Assembly (NCBI GenBank): GCA_964016885.1
Contig: OZ024744.1
Location: 21,142,001 to 21,206,000, forward strand
Length of the DNA: 64,000 bases
Direction of reading: 5' to 3'
Origin: Eledone cirrhosa
Lineage: Eukaryota
In this document: piece after piece, positions 12,741 through 26,600 of the stretch
How positions within the stretch are numbered: position 1 is the first letter of the stretch
Layout of the letters: each line of letters begins with the position of its first letter
Notes under the pieces: model-generated
The model's database searches: none
Told to the model about the DNA's origin: nothing
The model's input: the letters and a program-made list of their open reading frames with translations, nothing else
Position numbers and translations under genes: made by a program

Positions 12741-14664
12741 AATGTTAAGATAAAACTCGTTTTAACAATAGTGGAATCTTAAGAACTGACTCGTTTTAAC
12801 AACAGTTGAATCTTAAGATAAAACTCGTTTTAACAACAGTTGAATCTTAAGAACTGACTCGTTTTAACAACAGCTGAATCTTAAGATAAAACTCGTTTTA
12901 ACAACAGTTCAAACTTAAGAAATGACTCGTTTTAACAAAAGTTGAATCTTATGAACTCACTCATTTTAACAACAGTTGAATCTTAAGATAACATTCGTTT
13001 TAACAACAGTTGAATCTTAAGAACTGATTCGTTTTAACAACAGTTGAATCTTAAGATAAAACTCGTTTTAACAACACTTGAATCTTAAGAATGGACTCGT
13101 TTTAACAACACCTGAATCTTAAGATAAAACTGGTTTTAACAACAGTTGAATCTTAAGAACTGATTCGTTTTAACAACAGTTCAAACTTAAGAACTGACTC
13201 GTTTTAACAACAGTTGAATCTTATGAACTGACTCATTTTAACAACAGTTGAATCTTAAGATAACATTCGTTTTAACAACAGTTGAATCTTAAGAACTGAC
13301 TCGTTTTAACAACAGTTGAATCTTAAAGATAAAACTCGTTTCGACAACAGTTGAATCTTAAGAACTGACTCGTTTTAACAACAGCTGAATCTTAAGATAA
13401 AACTCGTTTTAACAACAGTTGAATCTTAAGATAAAACTCGTTTTAACAACAGTTGAATCTTAAGAACTGACTCGTTTTAACGACAGCTGAATCTTAAGAT
13501 AAAACTCGTTTTAATAACAGTTCAAACTTAAGAAATGACTCGTTTTAACAACAGTTGAATCTTATGAACTGACTCATTTTAACAACAGTTGAATCTTAAG
13601 AACTGATTCGTTTTAACAACAGCTGAATCTTAAGATAAAACTCGTTTTAACAACAGTTGAATCTTAAGAACTGACTCGATTTAACGACAGCTGAATCTTA
13701 AGATAAAACTCGTTTTAATAACAGTTCAAACTTAAGAAATGACTCGTTTTAACAACAGTTGAATCTTATGAACTGACTCATTTTAACAACAGTTGAATCT
13801 TAAGAACTGATTCGTTTTAACAACAGCTGAATCTTAAGTTAAGACTCGTTTTAACAACAGTTGAATCTTAAGAACTGACTCGTTTTAACAACAGCTGAAT
13901 CTTAAGATAAAACTCGTTTTAACAACAGTTGAATCTTAAGAACTGACTCGTTTTAACAACAGCTGAATCTTAAGATAAAACTCGTTTTAACAACAGTTGA
14001 ATATTAAGATAAAACTCGTTTTAACAACAGTTGAATCTTAAGTACTGACTCGTTTTAACAACAGTTGAATCTTAAGATAAAACTCGTTTTAACAACAGTT
14101 GAATCTTATGAGCTAACTCATTTTAACAACAGTTGAATCTTAATTTAAGACTCGTTTTAACAACAGTTGAATCTTAAGAACTGACTCGTTTTAACGACAG
14201 CTGAATCTTAAGATAAAACTTGTTTTAACAACGGTTGAATCTTAAAGATAAATCTCGCTTTAACAACAGTTGAATCTTAAGAACTGACTCGTTTTAACAA
14301 CAGTTGAATCTTAAGACAAAACCCGTTTTAACAACAGTTGAATCTTAAGAACTGTCTCGTTGTAACAACAGTTGATTCTTAAGATAAACCTCGTTTTAAC
14401 AACAGTTTAATCTTAAAAACTGACTCGTTTTAACAACAGTTGAATCTTAAGACAAAACTCGTTTTAACAACAGTTGAATCTTAAGAACTGACTTGTTCTA
14501 ACAACAGTTCAGCCTTAAGAACTGACTCGTTTTAAAACAGTTGAATCGTTAGAACTGACTCGTTTTAGCAACAGTTGAATCTTAAGATAAACCTCGTTTT
14601 AACAACAGTTGAATCTTAAGAACTGACTCGTTTTAACAACAGTTAAATCTTAATAACTGACTCG

Positions 14665-17600
14665 TTTTAACAACAGTTGAATCTTAAGATAAAACTCGTT
14701 TTAACAACTGTTGAATCTTAAGAACTGACTCGTTTTAACAACAGTTGAATCTTAAGATAAAACTCGTTTTAACAACTGTTGAATCTTAAGAACTGACTCG
14801 TTTTAACAACAGCTGAATCTTAAGATAAAACTCGTTTTAACAACAGTTGAATCTTAAGAACTGACTCGTTTTAACAACAGTTGAATCTTAAGATAAAACT
14901 CGTTTTAACAACTGTTGAATCTTAAGAACGGACTCGTTTTAACAACAGCTGAATCTTAAGATAAAACTCGTTTTAACGACAGTTGAATCTTAAGAACTGA
15001 TTCGTTTTAACAACAGTTCAAACTTAAGAACTGACTCGTTTTAACAACAGTTGAATCTTATGAACTGACTCATTTTAACAACAGTTGAATCTTAAGATAA
15101 CATTCGTTTTAACAACAGTTGAATCTTAAGAACTGACTCGTTTTAACAACAGTTGAATCTTAAAGATAAAACTCGTTTCAACAACAGTTGAATCTTAAGA
15201 ACTGACTCGTTTTAACAACAGCTGAATCTTAAGATAAAACTCGTTTTAACAACAGTTGAATCTTAAGATAAAACTCGTTTTAACAACAGTTGAATCTTAA
15301 GAACTGACTCGTTTTAACGACAGCTGAATCTTAAGATAAAACTCGTTTTAACAACAGTTCAAACTTAAGAAATGACTCGTTTTAACAACAGTTGAATCTT
15401 ATGAACTGAATCATTTTAACAAAAGTTGAATTTTAAGAACTGATTCGTTTTAACAACAGTTGAATCTTAAGATAAAACTCGTTTTAACAACAGTTGAATC
15501 TTAAAGATAAAACTCGCTTTAACAACAGCTGAATCTTAAGAACTGATTCGTTTTAACAACAGTTGAATCTTAAGATAAACCTCGTTTTAACAACAGTTTA
15601 ATCTTAAGAACTGACTCGTTTTAACAACAGTTGAATCTTAAGACAAAACTCGTTTTAACAACAGTTGAATCTTAAGAACTGATTTGTTCTAACAACAGTT
15701 CAGCCTTAAGAACTGACTCGTTTTAAAACAGTTGAATCGTTAGAACTGACTCGTTTTAACAACAGTTGAATCTTAAAATAAAACTCGTTTTAACAATAGT
15801 TGAATCTCAAGAACTGACTCGTTTTAGCAACAGTTGAATCTTAAGATAACACTCGTTTTCATAACAGTTGAATCTTAAGAACCGACTCGTTTTAACAACA
15901 GTTAAATCTAAATAACTGACTCGTTTTAACAACAGTTGAATGTTAAGATAAAACTCGTTTTAACAATAGTTGAATCTTAAGAACTGACTCGTTTTAACAA
16001 CAGTTGAATGTTAAGATAAAACTCGTTTTAACAACTGTTGAATCTTAAGAACTGACTCGTTTTAACAACAGCTGAATCTTAAGATAAAACTCGTTTTAAC
16101 AACAGTTGAATGTTATGAACTGACTTGTTTTAACAACAGTTGAATCTTCAAATAAAACTCGTTTTAACAACAGTTGAATCTTAAGAACTGACTCGTTTTA
16201 ACAACAGTTGAATGTTAAGATAAAACTCGTTTTAACAATAGTTGAATCCTAAGAACTGACTCGTTTTAACAACAGTTGAATCTTAAGATAAAACTCGTTT
16301 TAACAACAGTTGAATCTTAAGAACTGACTCGTTTTAACAACAGCTGAATCTTAAGATAAAACTCGTTTTAACAACTGTTGAATCCTAAGAACTGACTTGT
16401 TTTATCAACAGTCCAACCGTAAGAACTGACTCGTTTTAACAACAGTTGAATGTTCAAATAAAACTCGTTTTAACAACAGTTGAATCTTAAGAACTGACTC
16501 GTTTTAACAACAGTTGAATCTTAAGAACTGACTCGTTTTAACAACAGTTAAATCTTAATAACTGACTCGTTTTAACAACAGTTGAATGTTAAGATAAAAC
16601 TCGTTTTAACAACAGTTGAATCTTAAGAACTGACTCGTTTTAACAACAGTTGAATCTTCAAATAAAACTCGTTTTAACAACAGTTGAACATTAAGATAAA
16701 ACTCGTTTTAACAACAGTTGAATGTTAAGATAAAACTCGTTTTAACAATAGTTGAATCTTAAGAACTGACTCGTTTTAACAACAGTTGAATCTTCAGGTA
16801 AAACTCGTTTTAACAACAGTTGAATCTTAAGAACTGAATCGTTTTAACAACAGCTGAATCTTAAGATAAAACTCGTTTTAACAACAGTTGAATCTTAAGA
16901 ACTGACTCGTTTTAACAACAGCTGAATCTTAAGATAAAACTCGTTTTAACAACAGTTGAATCTTAAAATAAAACTCGTTTTAACAACAGTTGAATCTTAA
17001 GAACTGACTCGTTTTAACAACAGTTGAATCTTAAGATAAAACTCGTTTTAACAACAGTTGAATCTTATGAACTAACTCATTTTAACAACAGTTGAATCTT
17101 AAGTTAAGACTCGTTTTAACAACAGTTGAATCTTAAGAACTGACACGTTTTAACGACAGCTGAATCTTAAGATAAAACTCGTTTTAACAACAGTTGAATC
17201 TTAAGAACTGACTCGTTTTAACAACAGTTGAATCTTAAGATAAAACTCGTTTTAACAACAGTTGAATCTCATGAACTAACTCATTTTAACAACAGTTGAA
17301 TCTTAAGCTAAGACTCGTTTTAACAACAGTTGAATCTTAAAAACTGTCTCGTTTTAACAACAGTTGAATCTTAAGATAAACCTCGTTTTAACAACAGTTT
17401 AATCTTGAGAACTGACTCGTTTTAACAACAGTTGAATCTTAAGACAAAACTCGTTTTAACAACAGTTGAATCTTAAGATAAAACTCGTTTTAACAACACT
17501 TGAATCTCATGAACTAACTCATTTTAACAACAGTTGAATCTTAAGTTAAGACTCGTTTTAACAACAGTTGAATCTTAAGAACTGACTCGTTTTAACAACA

Positions 17601-20600
17601 GTTGAATCTTAAGACAAAACCCGTTTTAACAACAGTTGAATCTTAAGAACTGTCTCGTTTTAACAACAGTTTAATCTTGAGAACTGACTCGTTTTAACAA
17701 CAGTTGAATCTTAAGACAAAACTCGTTTTAACAACAGTTGAATCTTAAGAACTGACTTGTTCTAACAAAAGTTCAGCCTTAAGAACTGACTCGTTTTAAA
17801 ACAGTTGAATCGTTAGAACTGACTCGTTTTAACAACAGTTGAATCTTAAATTAAAACTCGTTTTAACAATAGTTGAATCTCAAGAACTGACTCGTTTTAT
17901 CAACAGTTGAATCTTAAGATAAAACTCGTTTTAACAACAGTTGAATCTTATGAACTAACTCATTTTAACAACAGTTGAATCTTAAGTTAAGACTCGTTTT
18001 AACAACAGTTGAATCTTAAGAACTGACTCGTTTTAACGACAGCTGAATCTTAAGATAAAACTCGTTTTAACAACAGTTGAATCTTAAGAACTGACTCGTT
18101 TTAACAACAGTTGAATCTTAAGAACTGACTCGTTTTAACAACAGTTGAATCTTAAGATAAAACTCGTTTTAACAACAGTTGAATCTCATGAACTAACTCA
18201 TTTTAACAACAGTTGAATCTTAAGATAAAACTCGTTTTAACAATAGTTGAATCTTAAGAACTGACTCGTTTTAACAACAGTTGAATCTTAAGATAAAACT
18301 CGTTTTAACAACTGTTGAATCATAAGAACTGACTCGTTTTAACAACAGCTGAATCTTAAGATAAAACTCGTTTTAACAACAGTTGAATCTTAAGAACTGA
18401 CTCGTTTTAACAACAGTTGAATCTTCAAATAAAACTCGTTTTAACAACAGTTGAATCTTAAGAACTGACTCGTTTTAACAACAGTTGAATTTTAAGATAA
18501 AACTCGTTTTAACAATAGTGAAATCTTAAGAACTGACTCGTTTTAACAACAGTTGAATCTTAAGATAAAACTCGTTTTAACAACAGTTGAATCTTAAAAA
18601 CTGACTCGTTTTAACAACAGCTGAATCTTAAGATAAAACTCGTTTTAACAACAGTTCAAACTTAAGAAATGACTCGTTTTAACAAAAGTTGAATCTTATG
18701 AACTCACTCATTTTAACAACAGTTGAATCTTAAGATAACATTCGTTTTAACAACAGTTGAATCTTAAGAAATGATTCGTTTTAACAACAGTTGAATCTTA
18801 AGATAAAACTCGTTTTAACAACAGTTGAATCTTAAGAACGGACTCGTTTTAACAACACCTGAATCTTAAGATAAAACTCGTTTTAACAACAGTTGAATCT
18901 TAAGAACTGATTCGTTTTAACAACAGTTCAAACTTAAGAACTGACTCGTTTTAACAACAGTTGAATCTTATGAACTGATTCATTTTAACAACACTTGAAT
19001 CTTAAGATAACATTCGTTTTAACAACAGTTGAATCTTAAGAACTGACTCGTTTTAACAACAGTTGAATCTTAAAGATAAAACTCGTTTCGACAACAGTTG
19101 AATCTTAAGAACTGACTCGTTTTAACAACAGCTGAATCTTAAGATAAAACTCGTTTTAACAACAGTTGAATCTTAAGATAAAACTCGTTTTAACAACAGT
19201 TGAATCTTAAGAACTGACTCGTTTTAACGACAGCTGAATCTTAAGATAAAACTCGTTTTATCAACAGTTCAAACTTAAGAACTGACTCGTTTTAACAACA
19301 GTTGAATCTTCAAATAAAACTCGTTTTAACAACAGTTGAATCTTAAGAACTGACTCGTTTTAACAACAGCTGAATCTTAAGATAAAACTCGTTTTAACAA
19401 CAGTTCAAACTTAAGAAATGACTCGTTTTAACAAAAGTTGAATCTTATGATCTCACTCATTTTAACAACAGTTGAATCTTAAGATAACATTCGTTTTAAC
19501 AACAGTTGAATCTTAAGAACTGATTCGTTTTAACAACAGTTGAATCTTAAGATAAAACTCGTTTTAACAACAGTTGAATCTTAAGAACGGACTCGTTTTA
19601 ACAACACCTGAATCTTAAGATAAAACTCGTTTTAACAACAGTTGAATCTTAAGAACTGATTCGTTTTAACAACAGTTCAAACTTAAGAACTGACACGTTT
19701 TAACAACAGTTGAATCTTATGAACTGACTCATTTTAACAACAGTTGAATCTTAAGATAACATTCGTTTTAACAACAGTTGAATCTTAAGAACTGACTCGT
19801 TTTAACAACAGTTGAATCTTAAAGATAAAACTCGTTTCGACAACAGTTGAATCTTAAGAACTGACTCGTTTTAACAACAGCTGAATCTTAAGATAAAACT
19901 CGTTTTAACAACAGTTGAATCTTAAGATAAAACTCGTTTTAACAACAGTTGAATCTTAAGAACTGACTCGTTTTAACGACAGCTGAATCTTAAGATAAAA
20001 CTCGTTTTATCAACAGTTCAAACTTAAGAAATGACTCGTTTTAACAACAGTTGAATCTTATGAACTGACTCATTTTAACAACAGTTGAATCTTAAGAACT
20101 GATTCGTTTTAACAACAGTTGAATCTTAAGATAAAACTCGTTTTAACAACAGTTGAATCTTAAGAACTGACTCGTTTTAACAACAGTTGAATCTTAAGAT
20201 AAAACTCGTTTTAACAACAGTTGAATCTTAAGAACTGACTCGTTTTAACAACAGCTGAATCTTAAGATAAAACTCGTTTTAACAACAGTTGAATCTTAAG
20301 ATAAAACTCGTTTTAACAACAGTTGAATCTTAAGAACTGACTCGTTTTATCAACAGTTGAATCTTAAGATAAAACTCGTTTTAACAACAGTTGAATCTTA
20401 TGAGCTAACTCATTTTAACAACAGTTGAATCTTAAGTTAAGACTCGTTTTAACAACAGTTGAATCTTAAGAACTGACTCGTTTTAACAACAGTTGAATCT
20501 TAAGTTAAGACTCGTTTTAACAACAGTTGAATCTTAAGAACTGACTCGTTTTAACAACAGTTGAATCTTAAGACAAAACTCGTTTTAACAACAGTTGAAT

Positions 20601-23600
20601 CTTAAGAACTGACTTGTTTTAACAACAGTTCAGTCTCAAGAACTGACTCGTTTTAAAACAGTTGAATCGTTTGATCTGACTCGTTTTAACAACAGTTGAA
20701 TCTTAAAATAAAACTCGTTTTAACAATAGTTGAATCTCAAGAACTGACTCGTTTTAGCAACAGTTGAATCTTAATAACTGACTCGTTTTAACAACAGTTG
20801 AATGTTAAGATAAAACTCGTTTTAACAATAGTTGAATCTTAAGAACTGACTCGTTTTAACAACAGTTGAATCTTAAGATAAAACTCGTTTTAACAACTGT
20901 TGAATCTTAAGAACTGACTCGTTTTAACAACAATTGAATCTTTAAATAAAACACGTTTTAACAACAGTTGAATCTTAAGAACGGACTCGTTTTAACAACA
21001 CCTGAATCTTAAGATAAAACTCGTTTTAACAACAGTTGAATCTTAAGAACTGATTCGTTTTAACAACAGTTCAAACTTAAGAACTGATTCGTTTTAACAA
21101 CAGTTGAATCTTATGAACTGACTCATTTTAACAACAGTTGAATCTTAAGATAACATTCGTTTTAACAACAGTTGAATCTTAAGAACTGACTCGTTTTAAC
21201 AACAGTTGAATCTTAAGACAAAACTCGTTTTAACAACAGTTGAATCTTAAGAACTGACTTGTTCTAACAACAGTTCAGCCTTAAGAACTGACTCGTTTTA
21301 AAACAGTTGAATCGTTAGAACTGACTCGTTTTAACAACAGTTGAATCTTAAAATAAAACTCGTTTTAACAATAGTTGAATCTCAAGAACTGACTCGTTTT
21401 AGCAACAGTTGAAACTTAAGATAACACTCGTTTTCATAACAGTTGAATCTTAAGAACTGTCTCGTTTTAACGACAGTTGAATTTTAAGATAAACCTCGTT
21501 TTGACAACAGTTGAATCTTAAGAACTGACTCGTTTTAACAACAGTTGAATGTTAAGATAAAACTCGTTTTAACAATAGTGGAATCTTAAGAACTGACTCG
21601 TTTTAACAACAGTTGAATCTTAAGATAAAACTCGTTTTAACAACAGTTGAATCTTAAAAACTGACTCGTTTTAACAAAAGTTGAATCTTATGAACTCACT
21701 CATTTTAACAACAGTTGAATCTTAAGATAACTTTCGTTTTAACAACAGTTGAATCTTAAGAACTGATTCGTTTTAACAACAGTTGAATCTTAAGATAAAA
21801 CTCGTTTTAACAACAGTTGAATCTTAAGAACGGACTCGTTTTAACAACACCTGAATCTTAAGATAAAACTCGTTTTAACAACAGTTGAATCTTAAGAACT
21901 GATTCGTTTTAACAACAGTTCAAACTTAAGAACTGACTCGTTTTAACAACAGTTGAATCTTATGAACTGACTCATTTTAACAACAGTTGAATCTTAAGAT
22001 AACATTCGTTTTAACAACAGTTGAATCTTAAAGATAAAACTCGTTTTAACAACAGTTGAATCTTAAGAACTGACTCGTTTTAACGACAGCTGAATCTTAA
22101 GATAAAACTCGTTTTAACAACAGTTCAAACTTAAGAAATGACACGTTTTAACAACAGTTGAATCTTATGAACTGACTCATTTTAACAACAGTTGAATATT
22201 AAGAACTGATTCGTTTTAACAACAGTTGAATCTTAAGATAAAACTCGTTTTAACAACTGTTGAATCTTAAGAACTGACTCGTTTTAACAACAGTTGAATC
22301 TTAAGATAAAACTCGTTTTAACAACTGTTGAATCTTAAGAACTGACTCGTTTTAACAACAGCTGAATCTTAAGATAAAACTCGTTTTAACAACAGTTGAA
22401 TCTTAAGAACTGACTCGTTTTAACAACAGTTGAATCTTAAGATAAAACTCGTTTTAACAACTGTTGAATCTTAAGAACGGACTCGTTTTAACAACAGCTG
22501 AATCTTAAGATAAAACTCGTTTTAACGACAGTTGAATCTTAAGAACTGATTCGTTTTAACAACAGTTCAAACTTAAGAACTGACTCGTTTTAACAACAGT
22601 TGAATCTTATGAACTGACTCATTTTAACAACAGTTGAATCTTAAGATAACATTCGTTTTAACAACAGTTGAATCTTAAGAACTGACTCGTTTTAACAACA
22701 GTTGAATCTTAAAGATAAAACTCGTTTCAACAACAGTTGAATCTTAAGAACTGACTCGTTTTAACAACAGCTGAATCTTAAGATAAAACTCGTTTTAACA
22801 ACAGTTGAATCTTAAGATAAAACTCGTTTTAACAACAGTTGAATCTTAAGAACTGACTCGTTTTAACGACAGCTGAATCTTAAGATAAAACTCGTTTTAA
22901 CAACAGTTCAAACTTAAGAAATGACTCGTTTTAACAACAGTTGAATCTTATGAACTGAATCATTTTAACAAAAGTTGAATTTTAAGAACTGATTCGTTTT
23001 AACAACAGTTGAATCTTAAGATAAAACTCGTTTTAACAACAGTTGAATCTTAAAGATAAAACTCGCTTTAACAACAGCTGAATCTTAAGAACTGATTCGT
23101 TTTAACAACAGTTGAATCTTAAGATAAACCTCGTTTTAACAACAGTTTAATCTTAAGAACTGACTCGTTTTAACAACAGTTGAATCTTAAGACAAAACTC
23201 GTTTTAACAACAGTTGAATCTTAAGAACTGATTTGTTCTAACAACAGTTCAGCCTTAAGAACTGACTCGTTTTAAAACAGTTGAATCGTTAGAACTGACT
23301 CGTTTTAACAACAGTTGAATCTTAAAATAAAACTCGTTTTAACAATAGTTGAATCTCAAGAACTGACTCGTTTTAGCAACAGTTGAATCTTAAGATAACA
23401 CTCGTTTTCATAACAGTTGAATCTTAAGAACCGACTCGTTTTAACAACAGTTAAATCTAAATAACTGACTCGTTTTAACAACAGTTGAATGTTAAGATAA
23501 AACTCGTTTTAACAATAGTTGAATCTTAAGAACTGACTCGTTTTAACAACAGTTGAATCTTAAGATAAAACTCGTTTTAACAACTGTTGAATCTTAAGAA

Positions 23601-26600
23601 CTGACTCGTTTTAACAACAGCTGAATCTTAAGATAAAACTCGTTTTAACAACAGTTGAATGTTATGAACTGACTTGTTTTAACAACAGTTGAATCTTCAA
23701 ATAAAACTCGTTTTAACAACAGTTGAATCTTAAGAACTGACTCGTTTTAACAACAGTTGAATGTTAAGATAAAACTCGTTTTAACAATAGTTGAATCCTA
23801 AGAACTGACTCGTTTTAACAACAGTTGAATCTTAAGATAAAACTCGTTTTAACAACAGTTGAATCTTAAGAACTGACTCGTTTTAACAACAGCTGAATCT
23901 TAAGATAAAACTCGTTTTAACAACTGTTGAATCCTAAGAACTGACTTGTTTTATCAACAGTCCAACCGTAAGAACTGACTCGTTTTAACAACAGTTGAAT
24001 GTTCAAATAAAACTCGTTTTAACAACAGTTGAATCTTAAGAACTGACTCGTTTTAACAACAGTTGAATCTTAAGAACTGACTCGTTTTAACAACAGTTAA
24101 ATCTTAATAACTGACTCGTTTTAACAACAGTTGAATGTTAAGATAAAACTCGTTTTAACAACAGTTGAATCTTAAGAACTGACTCGTTTTAACAACAGTT
24201 GAATCTTCAAATAAAACTCGTTTTAACAACAGTTGAACATTAAGATAAAACTCGTTTTAACAACAGTTGAATGTTAAGATAAAACTCGTTTTAACAATAG
24301 TTGAATCTTAAGAACTGACTCGTTTTAACAACAGCTGAATCTTAAGATAAAACTCGTTTTAACAACAGTTGAATCTTAAAATAAAACTCGTTTTAACAAC
24401 AGTTGAATCTTAAGAACTGACTCGTTTTAACAACAGTTGAATCTTAAGATAAAACTCGTTTTAACAACAGTTGAATCTTATGAACTAACTCATTTTAACA
24501 ACAGTTGAATCTTAAGTTAAGACTCGTTTTAACAACAGTTGAATCTTAAGAACTGACACGTTTTAACGACAGCTGAATCTTAAGATAAAACTCGTTTTAA
24601 CAACAGTTGAATCTTAAGAACTGACTCGTTTTAACAACAGTTGAATCTTAAGATAAAACTCGTTTTAACAACAGTTGAATCTCATGAACTAACTCATTTT
24701 AACAACAGTTGAATCTTAAGCTAAGACTCGTTTTAACAACAGTTGAATCTTAAAAACTGTCTCGTTTTAACAACAGTTGAATCTTAAGATAAACCTCGTT
24801 TTAACAACAGTTTAATCTTGAGAACTGACTCGTTTTAACAACAGTTGAATCTTAAGACAAAACTCGTTTTAACAACAGTTGAATCTTAAGATAAAACTCG
24901 TTTTAACAACACTTGAATCTCATGAACTAACTCATTTTAACAACAGTTGAATCTTAAGTTAAGACTCGTTTTAACAACAGTTGAATCTTAAGAACTGACT
25001 CGTTTTAACAACAGTTGAATCTTAAGACAAAACCCGTTTTAACAACAGTTGAATCTTAAGAACTGTCTCGTTTTAACAACAGTTTAATCTTGAGAACTGA
25101 CTCGTTTTAACAACAGTTGAATCTTAAGACAAAACTCGTTTTAACAACAGTTGAATCTTAAGAACTGACTTGTTCTAACAAAAGTTCAGCCTTAAGAACT
25201 GACTCGTTTTAAAACAGTTGAATCGTTAGAACTGACTCGTTTTAACAACAGTTGAATCTTAAATTAAAACTCGTTTTAACAATAGTTGAATCTCAAGAAC
25301 TGACTCGTTTTATCAACAGTTGAATCTTAAGATAAAACCCGTTTTAACAACAGTTGAATCTTATGAACTAACTCATTTTAACAACAGTTGAATCTTAAGT
25401 TAAGACTCGTTTTAACAACAGTTGAATCTTAAGAACTGACTCGTTTTAACGACAGCTGAATCTTAAGATAAAACTCGTTTTAACAACAGTTGAATCTTAA
25501 GAACTGACTCGTTTTAACAACAGTTGAATCTTAAGAACTGACTCGTTTTAACAACAGTTGAATCTTAAGATAAAACTCGTTTTAACAACAGTTGAATCTC
25601 ATGAACTAACTCATTTTAACAACAGTTGAATCTTAAGATAAAACTCGTTTTAACAATAGTTGAATCTTAAGAACTGACTCGTTTTAACAACAGTTGAATC
25701 TTAAGATAAAACTCGTTTTAACAACTGTTGAATCATAAGAACTGACTCGTTTTAACAACAGCTGAATCTTAAGATAAAACTCGTTTTAACAACAGTTGAA
25801 TCTTAAGAACTGACTCGTTTTAACAACAGTTGAATCTTCAAATAAAACTCGTTTTAACAACAGTTGAATCTTAAGAACTGACTCGTTTTAACAACAGTTG
25901 AATTTTAAGATAAAACTCGTTTTAACAATAGTGAAATCTTAAGAACTGACTCGTTTTAACAACAGTTGAATCTTAAGATAAAACTCGTTTTAAAAACAGT
26001 TGAATCTTAAAAACTGACTCGTTTTAACAACAGCTGAATCTTAAGATAAAACTCGTTTTAACAACAGTTCAAACTTAAGAAATGACTCGTTTTAACAAAA
26101 GTTGAATCTTATGAACTCACTCATTTTAACAACAGTTGAATCTTAAGATAACATTCGTTTTAACAACAGTTGAATCTTAAGAAGTGATTCGTTTTAACAA
26201 CAGTTGAATCTTAAGATAAAACTCGTTTTAACAACAGTTGAATCTTAAGAACGGACTCGTTTTAACAACACCTGAATCTTAAGATAAAACTCGTTTTAAC
26301 AACAGTTGAATCTTAAGAACTGATTCGTTTTAACAACAGTTCAAACTTAAGAACTGACTCGTTTTAACAACAGTTGAATCTTATGAACTGATTCATTTTA
26401 ACAACACTTGAATCTTAAGATAACATTCGTTTTAACAACAGTTGAATCTTAAGAACTGACTCGTTTTAACAACAGTTGAATCTTAAAGATAAAACTCGTT
26501 TCGACAACAGTTGAATCTTAAGAACTGACTCGTTTTAACAACAGCTGAATCTTAAGATAAAACTCGTTTTAACAACAGTTGAATCTTAAGATAAAACTCG

